IMG/VR virus record: IMGVR_UViG_3300025276_000028
DNA: 20,000 bases
DNA from: an uncultured virus (IMG/VR IMGVR_UViG_3300025276_000028)
Lineage: Duplodnaviria > Heunggongvirae > Uroviricota > Caudoviricetes
Strand: one strand, 5' to 3'
Of the stretch, positions 7,792-16,125 are shown piece by piece. A model generated the notes under the pieces. The model saw only the letters and a list, made by a program, of their open reading frames with translations. It had not been told where the DNA came from and ran no database searches. How positions within the stretch are numbered: position 1 is the first letter of the stretch; every line of letters begins with the position of its first letter. The position numbers and the translations under genes are program-made.

Positions 7792-9036
7792 ATGAACGAT
7801 TTTAATAATTATATCACTGAGGCATCTGCTAAGAATACGCACATGACTCATATTGAAGATCTTGTGCTGGATGGTGGAGTAAAAGGTGCACGAGATGCAA
7901 TAATTGCGCTTCGCTCATTAAGGGATATGTTAGCAGGTCATGCTAAAGGTAAGACTGATGTGACTGTTAAATGGGATGGCGCACCTGCGGTATTTGCTGG
8001 AATTAACCCTGAGAATGGTAAGTTTTTTGTAGGTTCTAAGTCTGTATTCAATACAAACCCTAAGCTTAATTATACAGAAGATGATGTTGATGCTAACCAC
8101 GGCGGTGGCCTTGCAGACAAATTAAAGATGGCTCTAAAAGAATTCCCTAAGTTAGGTATTACTGGTGTTATTCAAGGTGACATAATGTACACCAAAGGTG
8201 ATCTAAAGAAAGCAGTTATTGATGGTGATAAGTATGTCACCATGCATCCAAACACTATTGCCTATGCCGTACCAGCAGGATCTGACCTAGAAAAAACTAT
8301 ATCTAAAGCTAATATTGGTGTTGTGTGGCATACCACATACACTGGATCTTCTCTACAGGATATGTCTGCATCGTTCGGTGTTGACATATCAAGGCTTAAG
8401 ACTGTTCCTTCAGTATGGAGCATCTCTGCTGATCTACCTGATATGTCAGGCCTTGCTACGTTTACCGACAAAGAGACTAAGGTATTGACCGGACACTTAT
8501 CAAATGCTGGTAAGTTATTTAAAAAGATTGCTGCGTCTACTCTAAAAGAGATCGAGACTAATAAAGATTTAAACTTGCTGATTAATACCTTTAATAACAC
8601 TAAGGTACGTTCAGGCAAGCGTGTTACCAATACTACTAAACATGTTGCTGAGCTCATCACATGGGTTGAGAATCGTTATCAAAAAGAGATCGATAAGCGT
8701 AAATCAGAGAAGGGCAAAACTTCTCAAACAAAGGCACGCGATGAGATCCTTTCCTTTTTCTCAAAGGATAACAAAGCAAGTCTTAAGTTAATATTTGACC
8801 TACAGAATTACATCGTAGAAGCTAAGCATATGCTCATTAATAAGTTGGCAGAGGTTGGTGGTATATCAACGTTTGTTCAAACTGCCGATGGTTTTAAAGT
8901 AACAAGTCCTGAAGGATTCGTTGCCATTGACCATTTATCAGGTTCTGCGGTTAAGCTAGTAGATAGAATGGAATTCTCAAAGAACAACTTTGATCCAGCA
9001 GTACTTAAAGGCTGGCAAACCGCAACACGTAATTAG
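7792..9036 (+). CDS. ligase-fold covalent nucleotidyltransferase (recalled as DUF6267-like), probably virion-internal
   Basis: motif I K60WDG, motif III IQGDIM, motif IV PEGFV, motif V AVKLV; leader MNDFNNYITE|A. Confidence 0.6.
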   Translation: MNDFNNYITEASAKNTHMTHIEDLVLDGGVKGARDAIIALRSLRDMLAGHAKGKTDVTVKWDGAPAVFAGINPENGKFFVGSKSVFNTNPKLNYTEDDVDANHGGGLADKLKMALKEFPKLGITGVIQGDIMYTKGDLKKAVIDGDKYVTMHPNTIAYAVPAGSDLEKTISKANIGVVWHTTYTGSSLQDMSASFGVDISRLKTVPSVWSISADLPDMSGLATFTDKETKVLTGHLSNAGKLFKKIAASTLKEIETNKDLNLLINTFNNTKVRSGKRVTNTTKHVAELITWVENRYQKEIDKRKSEKGKTSQTKARDEILSFFSKDNKASLKLIFDLQNYIVEAKHMLINKLAEVGGISTFVQTADGFKVTSPEGFVAIDHLSGSAVKLVDRMEFSKNNFDPAVLKGWQTATRN

Positions 9037-9044
9037 TATAAATA
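9037..9044 (+). promoter_or_regulatory. T4 late promoter
   Basis: exact TATAAATA; variants AATAAATA and TATAAATG follow at 9058-9071. Confidence 0.8.
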
Positions 9045-9084
9045 TAATACGAACATTAATAAATATAAATGGGATTAATTACTT

Positions 9085-9453
9085 ATGAAGAATTTTGATG
9101 AGTATATTATTGATAAATTAGACGAAGCAGCAACAATGCAGCAACGCCTTAAGATGAAAGCGGCATTTAGAAAGAATAAAAGTAAGATCGCACTTGGACG
9201 TAAGAAAGCCTCTAAGAAGCTTGCAGACAAAGACACACTTATGAAGCGTGCAACTAAACAAGCAAAAGATGCTATTATTAAGAAGTTGACCAAGGGCAAA
9301 GGTAAGGGTGAATTATCATTTGCACAACGTCAATCAATTGAAAAGAAAGTCGATAAGAAGAAAGCCGCAATTGCCAAGATCGCTAAGAAGAAGTTGCCGG
9401 ATGTTAAAAGAGCAGACAAAGCGAAATTGAAGAAGAACAAGGAAAAAGGTTAA
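9085..9453 (+). CDS. highly basic Lys-rich protein, probably an internal DNA-binding protein
   Basis: 36 of 122 residues are Lys; leader MKNFDEYIIDKLDE|A. Confidence 0.7.
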   Translation: MKNFDEYIIDKLDEAATMQQRLKMKAAFRKNKSKIALGRKKASKKLADKDTLMKRATKQAKDAIIKKLTKGKGKGELSFAQRQSIEKKVDKKKAAIAKIAKKKLPDVKRADKAKLKKNKEKG

Positions 9454-10283
9454 TGTCGAATTTTAAGTCGTTCAATGACTATCTAACTGAAGCAGCCGTA
9501 GGCGTAGTATTTACATTTGGCAGGTTTAATCCGCCAACAGTTGGACATGAAAAGTTATTAGAAGTATTAGCTAAGTCATCTAAGGGTGGAGATGTGTATC
9601 GAGTATACTCATCTCAATCACAGGATAAGAAAAAGAATCCTCTTGGATATGATGATAAAATTAAGTTTATGCGTAAAATGTTTCCTAAGCATGCACGTAG
9701 TATTATTAGTGATAAAAGTGTTAAGAATGCAATTGATGTCTTAGTAAAGTTATATGATGACGGATTTACGAAAGTCTCAATGGTTGTTGGATCTGATCGT
9801 GTCAATGAATTTGATGCTCTTGCCAATAAGTATAATGGCGTAAAAGCCCGTCACGGTTTCTACAACTTTGAAGGTGGTATTAATATCATCTCGGCTGGAG
9901 AGCGTGATCCTGATTCAGAAGGAGTGTCTGGTATGTCTGCCTCTAAGATGAGAGCTGCAGCAGAAAGTAATGACTTTGAACTATTTAATAAAGGTCTACC
10001 AAGGGCATTTAAAGACGGACAAAAATTATTTAATGCAGTACGTTCTGGTATGAATCTTAAAGAATCATATACATATAGAAAGCATATACAATTAGAATCG
10101 GTATCTACGATCAGAGAAGACTATATTAATGGCGATTTATTTAGTGTTGGTGATATGGTTGTTGTTAAAGAATCTGATGAAGTAGGTGTAGTATCACATC
10201 TTGGAACAAATTATGTCATATTAAAAACCACTAACGGTAAGTCACTCCGTAAATGGCTGGATAACGTAGATAAAGTAATATGA
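9453..10283 (+). CDS. HxGH cytidylyltransferase-like nucleotidyltransferase with C-terminal SH3/KOW-like domain
   Basis: FTFGRFNPPTVGH, VVGSDR, SAGERDPD, GMSASKMR; leader MSNFKSFNDYLTE|A. Confidence 0.85.
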   Translation: MSNFKSFNDYLTEAAVGVVFTFGRFNPPTVGHEKLLEVLAKSSKGGDVYRVYSSQSQDKKKNPLGYDDKIKFMRKMFPKHARSIISDKSVKNAIDVLVKLYDDGFTKVSMVVGSDRVNEFDALANKYNGVKARHGFYNFEGGINIISAGERDPDSEGVSGMSASKMRAAAESNDFELFNKGLPRAFKDGQKLFNAVRSGMNLKESYTYRKHIQLESVSTIREDYINGDLFSVGDMVVVKESDEVGVVSHLGTNYVILKTTNGKSLRKWLDNVDKVI

Positions 10284-10585
10284 CCGAAAGTACTGTGGCT
10301 GATGCGGCCCACAAAAGATTAGATCGCATTGAAGAAAAGATAGATAAATTAACTGACTTCATGGTAGGCATAGCTAGATTAGAAGAAAAGCAAATGAGTG
10401 TTGAAGATGATATTAAGACTATCTTAAAACGAATGGATTATACCGAAAGTAAAATGGACGCTGTTGATGACAGGGCCCGTGTAAATGAAGTTAAAATTGT
10501 TATTATATCCAGAGTTTTCTGGGCTGTCGTAGTAGCATTAGTGATCGCGGGAATAACCGTTTACGGTCCTGGTCAATTAAGATAA
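10280..10585 (+). CDS. coiled-coil protein with C-terminal TM helix (XhlA/holin-like)
   Basis: heptad RLDRIEEKIDKL...; hydrophobic IVIISRVFWAVVVALVIAGITVY. Confidence 0.55.
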   Translation: MTESTVADAAHKRLDRIEEKIDKLTDFMVGIARLEEKQMSVEDDIKTILKRMDYTESKMDAVDDRARVNEVKIVIISRVFWAVVVALVIAGITVYGPGQLR

Positions 10586-10596
10586 ATTAGGAGTAC

Positions 10597-11289
10597 ATGT
10601 TAGTGAAAACGTTTAAACAAATGGTTGCCGAAGGTGCCAATAGTGATACTAAGAATGATGGTAAAGAATATCAAGCGTTCTTTGCAGCTGCATTAAAGAA
10701 ATTTGGTGTATCCAGTCCAGGCGAACTTAAAGGCGATGACGAGAAGAAATTCTACGACTATATCGATGCCAACTGGGAAGCTGATGACGAAAAAGCTGAA
10801 ACCTATGATGGTTCTAAGAAAAAGAAAATGAAAGAAAACCTTCGCAAAGATATAGCTAAAATGTCTGCTAAGTTTCCTGAAGGAAGCAAAGTTAAAATGA
10901 AGAAGAATGGTAATGTAGGTAAAGTCTTAAGTGTTACTAAAGACTCTATTAAGGTTGCACATGGTGATAAGACTATGGATCATACAGCCGATGAGTTAGA
11001 ACTGGTCGAGTATGCAATCGGCACACCTAAGAAGAAGATGAATGCTTCTAAAAATAAAGAAGAAGGTAATGCTTTTACTGGCGCACTTAATGCTGCAAGA
11101 GAAAAGGGTGATTCAACCTTTATTGTTTCTGGTAAAAAGTACAAAGTGGAAGATATGGAAGGTGATGAAGGTGATGAAGAATACGTACCACACAAAATGT
11201 ATAAAGATGGTAAAGTAGCTGATGCACCTACCGAAGAAGAGCATAATCGCTTAAAAGACCTTGGTTGGACACACGAAAAACCCGCATAA
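10597..11289 (+). CDS. modular hypothetical protein, probable internal head polyprotein
   Basis: SD AGGAG; leader MLVKTFKQMVAE|G; short modules separated by x-x-E sites. Confidence 0.65.
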   Translation: MLVKTFKQMVAEGANSDTKNDGKEYQAFFAAALKKFGVSSPGELKGDDEKKFYDYIDANWEADDEKAETYDGSKKKKMKENLRKDIAKMSAKFPEGSKVKMKKNGNVGKVLSVTKDSIKVAHGDKTMDHTADELELVEYAIGTPKKKMNASKNKEEGNAFTGALNAAREKGDSTFIVSGKKYKVEDMEGDEGDEEYVPHKMYKDGKVADAPTEEEHNRLKDLGWTHEKPA

Positions 11290-11292
11290 ATA
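11285..11292 (+). promoter_or_regulatory. late promoter variant
   Basis: CATAAATA (one mismatch) upstream of ATG 11325. Confidence 0.5.
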
Positions 11293-11324
11293 GTACTACA
11301 ACAATAAGTAATAGGAATAAGCAC

Positions 11325-11525
11325 ATGAACCCACGATTTAAAAGAGCACCTGCTGGAAGTAAATTGACCTTAAGTGGATTTTTTAGCCAGTCTGGCGAAC
11401 CACTAATGATTGGTAAGTTTACTCAAGATGAGTGTGACGAGTTTAACGGCGTTAAGAAAGCAGCTCCTGCTAAGGCAGAATCAACCGATAAGAAAGGTAC
11501 GATTAACAAACTCTTCTCTAAGTAA
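11325..11525 (+). CDS. hypothetical protein, 66 aa
   Basis: in frame with track ORF 11265..11525; AGGA SD favours ATG 11325. Confidence 0.65.
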   Translation: MNPRFKRAPAGSKLTLSGFFSQSGEPLMIGKFTQDECDEFNGVKKAAPAKAESTDKKGTINKLFSK

Positions 11526-11531
11526 AATTTT

Positions 11532-11900
11532 ATGTCACTATTTGATGCGTTAAATGCAGATAACTTTGAGTTGTTTGCAGGGAAATATTATACTAACCCA
11601 CAGTGTACGTCTATTGAAGAGTTTCAAGAGGATCTGCTTAAGTTTAAGTACCTCAAGAAACTCTTCACTAGGTATAACAATAACGATGATTTGCAGATTA
11701 GATTAATTCTAAACCATATCATCATACTATATAATGTATTTGAGGCTGACGCCTGTACTGCAATGCTATATCATAAGATGAACAGTGCATCATGGAACGC
11801 TCTGACAACGTTTATAATTTTTCTAAATTATATTACAGAACCGCCTCATGTTGACATATGTATAGATACATTTATTACTAACGAGCTGAGTAAAATCTAA
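11532..11900 (+). CDS. conserved T4-like phage hypothetical protein
   Basis: NF.LFA.KYY.NPQC...EEF.EDL..FKYLK.L..RY...RLILNHIIILYNVF recalled from marine T4-like phages. Confidence 0.75.
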   Translation: MSLFDALNADNFELFAGKYYTNPQCTSIEEFQEDLLKFKYLKKLFTRYNNNDDLQIRLILNHIIILYNVFEADACTAMLYHKMNSASWNALTTFIIFLNYITEPPHVDICIDTFITNELSKI

Positions 11901-12484
11901 TGGGGTTTTTAACACGCGCTGCCGATACGGTATACACATTTAGGTTCCTAAAACTATTAGTCACGGCATGGGAAGATACACCCGCGTTTGAATTAGGCAT
12001 CATCGACAAGGATGGTCAACCAATAAAGAAGGTAAGGGATCTTACATCAACTGAAAGGGACGTATACACTATGTTCCATAGGTTAGTTTATAAGATTAAA
12101 CGCCTAATGAATAAGGTACCTGGTGGCAAGTCAAAGATTGCTTCTTATGGTGCTGCATTATACTTAATTAAAGAAGAAACAGGAATGTCAGAGGCACAGC
12201 TTCTTGACGCGATGCATTCTTTAGATTTTGAATTAGAATTTGAAGACATCAACGAAACATTTATTATTGGTCAGGATAACGAATTACTTCCTGGTGTATA
12301 TACATTAAATAAGAACATATTACTTCCACACTCTGGTGAAGAACTTGCTTTCGCAGAATCTAAGGTTATTGCGCATGGTCATGAAGAAAGAGTTGGATCT
12401 ATATTCGGTATGAACGTATACAAAGTGGAGCATATTGCCACTAGACAATATATTAACGTAACATCAAGAGACTTAAACCGATGA
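11900..12484 (+). CDS. conserved T4-like phage hypothetical protein
   Basis: AADTVYTFRFLKLL...AFELGIID.DG...FHRLV..IKRL...YGAALYLIKE; coupled to both neighbours. Confidence 0.75.
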   Translation: MGFLTRAADTVYTFRFLKLLVTAWEDTPAFELGIIDKDGQPIKKVRDLTSTERDVYTMFHRLVYKIKRLMNKVPGGKSKIASYGAALYLIKEETGMSEAQLLDAMHSLDFELEFEDINETFIIGQDNELLPGVYTLNKNILLPHSGEELAFAESKVIAHGHEERVGSIFGMNVYKVEHIATRQYINVTSRDLNR

Positions 12485-13002
12485 ACACATTCGTTGAACA
12501 AACTATCCCACAGGGCAAAACAGTATTAACTAAGAAGAAAGGTCCTTCTAAAAAAGATATGGCTAAACTACAAAAAGTTCGTGCAATGTTAGATAAAGAA
12601 AAGAAGCCAAGACTTAAAGAAGCAGATCCAGGTGATATGGATTGCTGGGACGGATATAAGAAGGATGGTACTAAACCAGGCACCGGAAAGAACAAAGGTA
12701 AGCAGGTCAACAACTGTGTCAGAGAAGATACACCGGCAAACGTTACTGCAGGTGTTGCCACAAACTCTATTCCCCTTGGTAGTAAGTATAAGCACTTTAA
12801 CGTTCCATCTGAAACTTTTAGAAAGTTTGAAACTGGTCGTAATAAGTTTGAGCGTTGGAATAAGTTCTTAGATATGAATGACTCTAACCAAAAGGCTATT
12901 CATCTTTATGCAAGTAAGAATCCATCAAATACTATCATCCTTCAAGATGAGACAACTGGTGCTATGAGATCTATTCGAAGAAGATCATCAAATAACTTAT
13001 AA
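12481..13002 (+). CDS. modular hypothetical protein with CWxGY...NCV cassette, probably protease-processed
   Basis: MNTFVE leader; LKE|A...CWDGYKKDGTK...VNNCVRE|DTPAN. Confidence 0.65.
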   Translation: MNTFVEQTIPQGKTVLTKKKGPSKKDMAKLQKVRAMLDKEKKPRLKEADPGDMDCWDGYKKDGTKPGTGKNKGKQVNNCVREDTPANVTAGVATNSIPLGSKYKHFNVPSETFRKFETGRNKFERWNKFLDMNDSNQKAIHLYASKNPSNTIILQDETTGAMRSIRRRSSNNL

Positions 13003-13008
13003 TAGTTG

Positions 13009-13037
13009 TGTACTTATCATGAGACATGTGTTATAAT
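13009..13037 (+). promoter_or_regulatory. early/middle promoter (TGTAC class) for the spanin-nrd unit
   Basis: AATAGTTGTGTACT; TGTACT (13009-13014)-N17-TATAAT (13032-13037) with extended TG. Confidence 0.75.
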
Positions 13038-13071
13038 AGTACCAATGAGTAATTAACGTAGGAACTATATC

Positions 13072-13509
13072 ATGATAGGAATAACATCAGGAATACGAAT
13101 GCTGGCCCTCGGAGGGTTAATGTCCGTAGCAGCAGGTGGATACTGGTACTATACCAGCTCGCAAGCTAAAATCAATAGTTTGCAAACAACTGTAGCACAA
13201 TCAGGTGCTGCAATCGAAGTTCAAAAGCAGTTTATAAGTAAGCAAAGTGAAGCCATTGTAAACCTCAATGGCAATATTGCGCTGCTGCAAGAAGTTCAAA
13301 ATAACCTTATTATTGAAGCTCGGGCATCAGCCAAAGAAGTAGCTAACCTTAAATCAAAATTCAATACTTCATCATCAGGCAACGATCGTGATATCGGTGT
13401 ATTAGCTGCTAAAAAGCCATCGCTAATATCTAAGATTGTCAATAAAGCGACTGCGGCATTAGGTGATCAGGTTGAGAATCTAACAGCCATAGAAGAAACC
13501 AATGAATAA
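13072..13509 (+). CDS. i-spanin (Rz-like)
   Basis: N-terminal TM ending GGYWYY, long coiled coil, KPSLISKIVNKAT, overlaps a lipoprotein gene. Confidence 0.75.
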   Translation: MIGITSGIRMLALGGLMSVAAGGYWYYTSSQAKINSLQTTVAQSGAAIEVQKQFISKQSEAIVNLNGNIALLQEVQNNLIIEARASAKEVANLKSKFNTSSSGNDRDIGVLAAKKPSLISKIVNKATAALGDQVENLTAIEETNE

Positions 13510-13858
13510 ACCTATTATTTTATGTAGCATACTGGTTGGACTATCAGGATGCTCATCATTTTCGCAGCCTCCGCCTGTTATTGCAGTTGATTGCCCTATA
13601 TTAGAAGTCAATGATCCGACCATATCATTCCCTAATCCAGTAGCAATCGAATGGATTGATATGGATATTATCATACTCACACCAGATACTACTGATGCTG
13701 AATTTGATAAGTTAGAAGCCGACCAGCGTGTATATTTTGCAATTACGGATAAGGGATATGAAGCAATGTCCTTAAACTTCGCAGAACTAAAGAGATATAT
13801 AAAGGACCAAAAAAACATTATTATAGCATACAAGACATACTTTGAGGAAAAGAAATGA
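13502..13858 (+). CDS. o-spanin (Rz1-like lipoprotein)
   Basis: lipobox LSGC, Pro-rich linker, YEAMSLNFAELKRYI.DQK.II.AYK.Y. Confidence 0.8.
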   Translation: MNKPIILCSILVGLSGCSSFSQPPPVIAVDCPILEVNDPTISFPNPVAIEWIDMDIIILTPDTTDAEFDKLEADQRVYFAITDKGYEAMSLNFAELKRYIKDQKNIIIAYKTYFEEKK

Positions 13859-16110
13859 ATGACATCTCTATCACTAAACGGAATGGGCATAAAGAAGGAT
13901 TTGAGTTAGAGAAAATACATCGTATTCTTGAGTGGGCATGTTTAGAAATCTCAGGTGTATCTATTTCTGAGATTGAGATCAAAGCTAACATTCAGTTATA
14001 TCAATCTATTCCTAGTTCTGAAATACATGAGCTACTGATCAAATCATCAGCAGAACTTATATCAGAACATACACCAAATTACCAGTATGTGGCGGCTCGT
14101 TTAATCAACTATAAAATTCGTAAAGAAGTTTATAACGGATTTGAGCCAACACACTTATTCGATACAATTGAGAAAAACGTTGACCGTAAGGTATACGATT
14201 CATCAATACTTGGCGCATACAGTGTATCAGAATTCGAAAAGATGAATGACTATATCAAGCATGAACGTGATAACTCGTTTACATATGTAGGTATGGAACA
14301 ATTCCGTAGTAAGTATCTAGTGCAAGATAGAAAGACTAAGACGTTATTTGAAACACCTCAAGTTCTCTATATGATGATTGCTGCAACTTTATTTCAAAAC
14401 TATCCAACAAATACAAGGATGAAATATGTCAAAGACTTCTATGACGCAGTTTCGCTATTTTATATCTCACTACCTACACCAATTATGGCTGGGGTGCGTA
14501 CTCCTACGAGACAGTTCTCGTCATGTGTTCTCATTGAGTCAGGTGATTCACTTGGTTCAATCAATGCTACGGCTACCTCAGTCGTTCGCTACATATCTAA
14601 GAAAGCGGGTATTGGTATCAATGTTGGTGGAATACGTGGTCTGGGCGCTCGCATTGGAGACGGTTCTGTTGTACATACTGGTCTCATTCCGTTTCTAAAA
14701 TACTTTCAAGCGGCTGTTAAAAGTTGCTCACAAGGTGGAGTTCGTGGTGGTGCAGCTACAGTGTATTATCCTGTATGGCATTGGGAATTCGAAGACCTTA
14801 TTGTATTAAAGAATAATAAAGGTACTGATGAGAACCGTATTCGCAATATCGATTATGGTGTACAGTTTAACAAGTTGATGTATGAACGTCTACTCACTGG
14901 TGGTAATATTACTTTCTTCTCACCTGACGAAGTGCCTGATCTATATAAGGCATTCTATGATGATCAAGATAAGTTCAAGGCATTATACGAGAAATATGAA
15001 AAGTCACGTTCTGTACGTAAGAAGTCATTGCCAGCACTAGAAGTCTTTTCGTCGTTTCTTACGGAAAGAAAAGAAACAGGTCGTATATACCTACAGAATG
15101 TAGATCACTCAAACGATCACGGATCATTCTTACCAGAAGTTGCTCCAATTAAGATGAGTAACCTATGTGCAGAGATTGCACTACCTACTAAACCTTTGGA
15201 GCATGCAGACGATACGAATGGAGAAATTAGCCTTTGTACCCTCAGCGCAATTAACTGGGGACTCATTAATGACCCTAAAGAGTTTGAAAAATATTGTGAC
15301 TTGGCAGTTAGATCTCTCGACGAACTCCTTGACTACCAAGATTATCCTGTCCCCGCAGCAATGGCTGGAACTAAACGTCGCAGACCATTGGGTGTCGGTA
15401 TCATTAACCTTGCTTACTTTTTAGCAAAGCGTGGGCTAAAGTATGATGACGCTGCATTAGAAACAATTGATGAATACGCAGAGGCATGGTCATATTACTT
15501 GATCAGTGCATCTAACCGCCTTGCTAAGGAAAAGGGTAATTGTCCTGCATCTAACGAGACTAAGTACCACACTGGAATTCTTCCGGTTGATACATATAAG
15601 ACTGAAGTAGATGAGTTAGTGGCACCTAATCAAAGAATGGATTGGGAAAAGCTAAGAGGCAATTTGCGCAAGCATGGAATACGTAACTCTACTGTAATGG
15701 CGTTAATGCCAGCAGAGACGTCTGCACAGGTATCAAATTCAACGAATGGTATTGAACCACCACGTAGTTTGGTATCATATAAGCAATCGAAGGATGGCAT
15801 CATGGCTCAAGTAGTTCCAGGCTATCCTCGTTTAAAGAATAAATATGATCTACTATGGGATCAAAATGGACCAGAAGGATACCTTAAGATCTGTGCGGTC
15901 CTACAAAAATACATTGATCAAGCCATCTCAGTCAATACTTCATACAATTCAGATCAGTATGAGGACGGTAAAGTGCCGATGTCTGAAATGATCCGTGACC
16001 TTATAAACTTCTATAAGTACGGTGGCAAACATTTATATTATTTTAACACACATGATGGAGCAGGTGATGTACTCGATGATGATGAGAATTGTGATAGCTG
16101 TACTATTTAA
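13855..16110 (+). CDS. nrdA: ribonucleotide reductase class Ia alpha subunit
   Basis: ATP cone, PTPIMAG, FSSCVL, SQGGVRGG, SNLCAEI, MPAETS, SNSTNGIEP, C-terminal CDSCTI. Confidence 0.98.
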   Translation: MNDISITKRNGHKEGFELEKIHRILEWACLEISGVSISEIEIKANIQLYQSIPSSEIHELLIKSSAELISEHTPNYQYVAARLINYKIRKEVYNGFEPTHLFDTIEKNVDRKVYDSSILGAYSVSEFEKMNDYIKHERDNSFTYVGMEQFRSKYLVQDRKTKTLFETPQVLYMMIAATLFQNYPTNTRMKYVKDFYDAVSLFYISLPTPIMAGVRTPTRQFSSCVLIESGDSLGSINATATSVVRYISKKAGIGINVGGIRGLGARIGDGSVVHTGLIPFLKYFQAAVKSCSQGGVRGGAATVYYPVWHWEFEDLIVLKNNKGTDENRIRNIDYGVQFNKLMYERLLTGGNITFFSPDEVPDLYKAFYDDQDKFKALYEKYEKSRSVRKKSLPALEVFSSFLTERKETGRIYLQNVDHSNDHGSFLPEVAPIKMSNLCAEIALPTKPLEHADDTNGEISLCTLSAINWGLINDPKEFEKYCDLAVRSLDELLDYQDYPVPAAMAGTKRRRPLGVGIINLAYFLAKRGLKYDDAALETIDEYAEAWSYYLISASNRLAKEKGNCPASNETKYHTGILPVDTYKTEVDELVAPNQRMDWEKLRGNLRKHGIRNSTVMALMPAETSAQVSNSTNGIEPPRSLVSYKQSKDGIMAQVVPGYPRLKNKYDLLWDQNGPEGYLKICAVLQKYIDQAISVNTSYNSDQYEDGKVPMSEMIRDLINFYKYGGKHLYYFNTHDGAGDVLDDDENCDSCTI

Positions 16111-16125
16111 TAAGGAAGAAAAGAG

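Noticed and set aside
1522..13890. Minus-strand ORFs in the track (e.g. 8262..8660, 10980..11324, 12453..12761, 13480..13890)
   Set aside because: All are antisense shadows of well-supported + strand genes, with no recognisable motifs
327..15424. Alternative-frame + strand ORFs (327, 858, 1713, 4762, 12632, 14426, 15167)
   Set aside because: Nested in conserved genes with no motifs; only the 1065..1154 tail of ORF 858 has an SD and is reported separately
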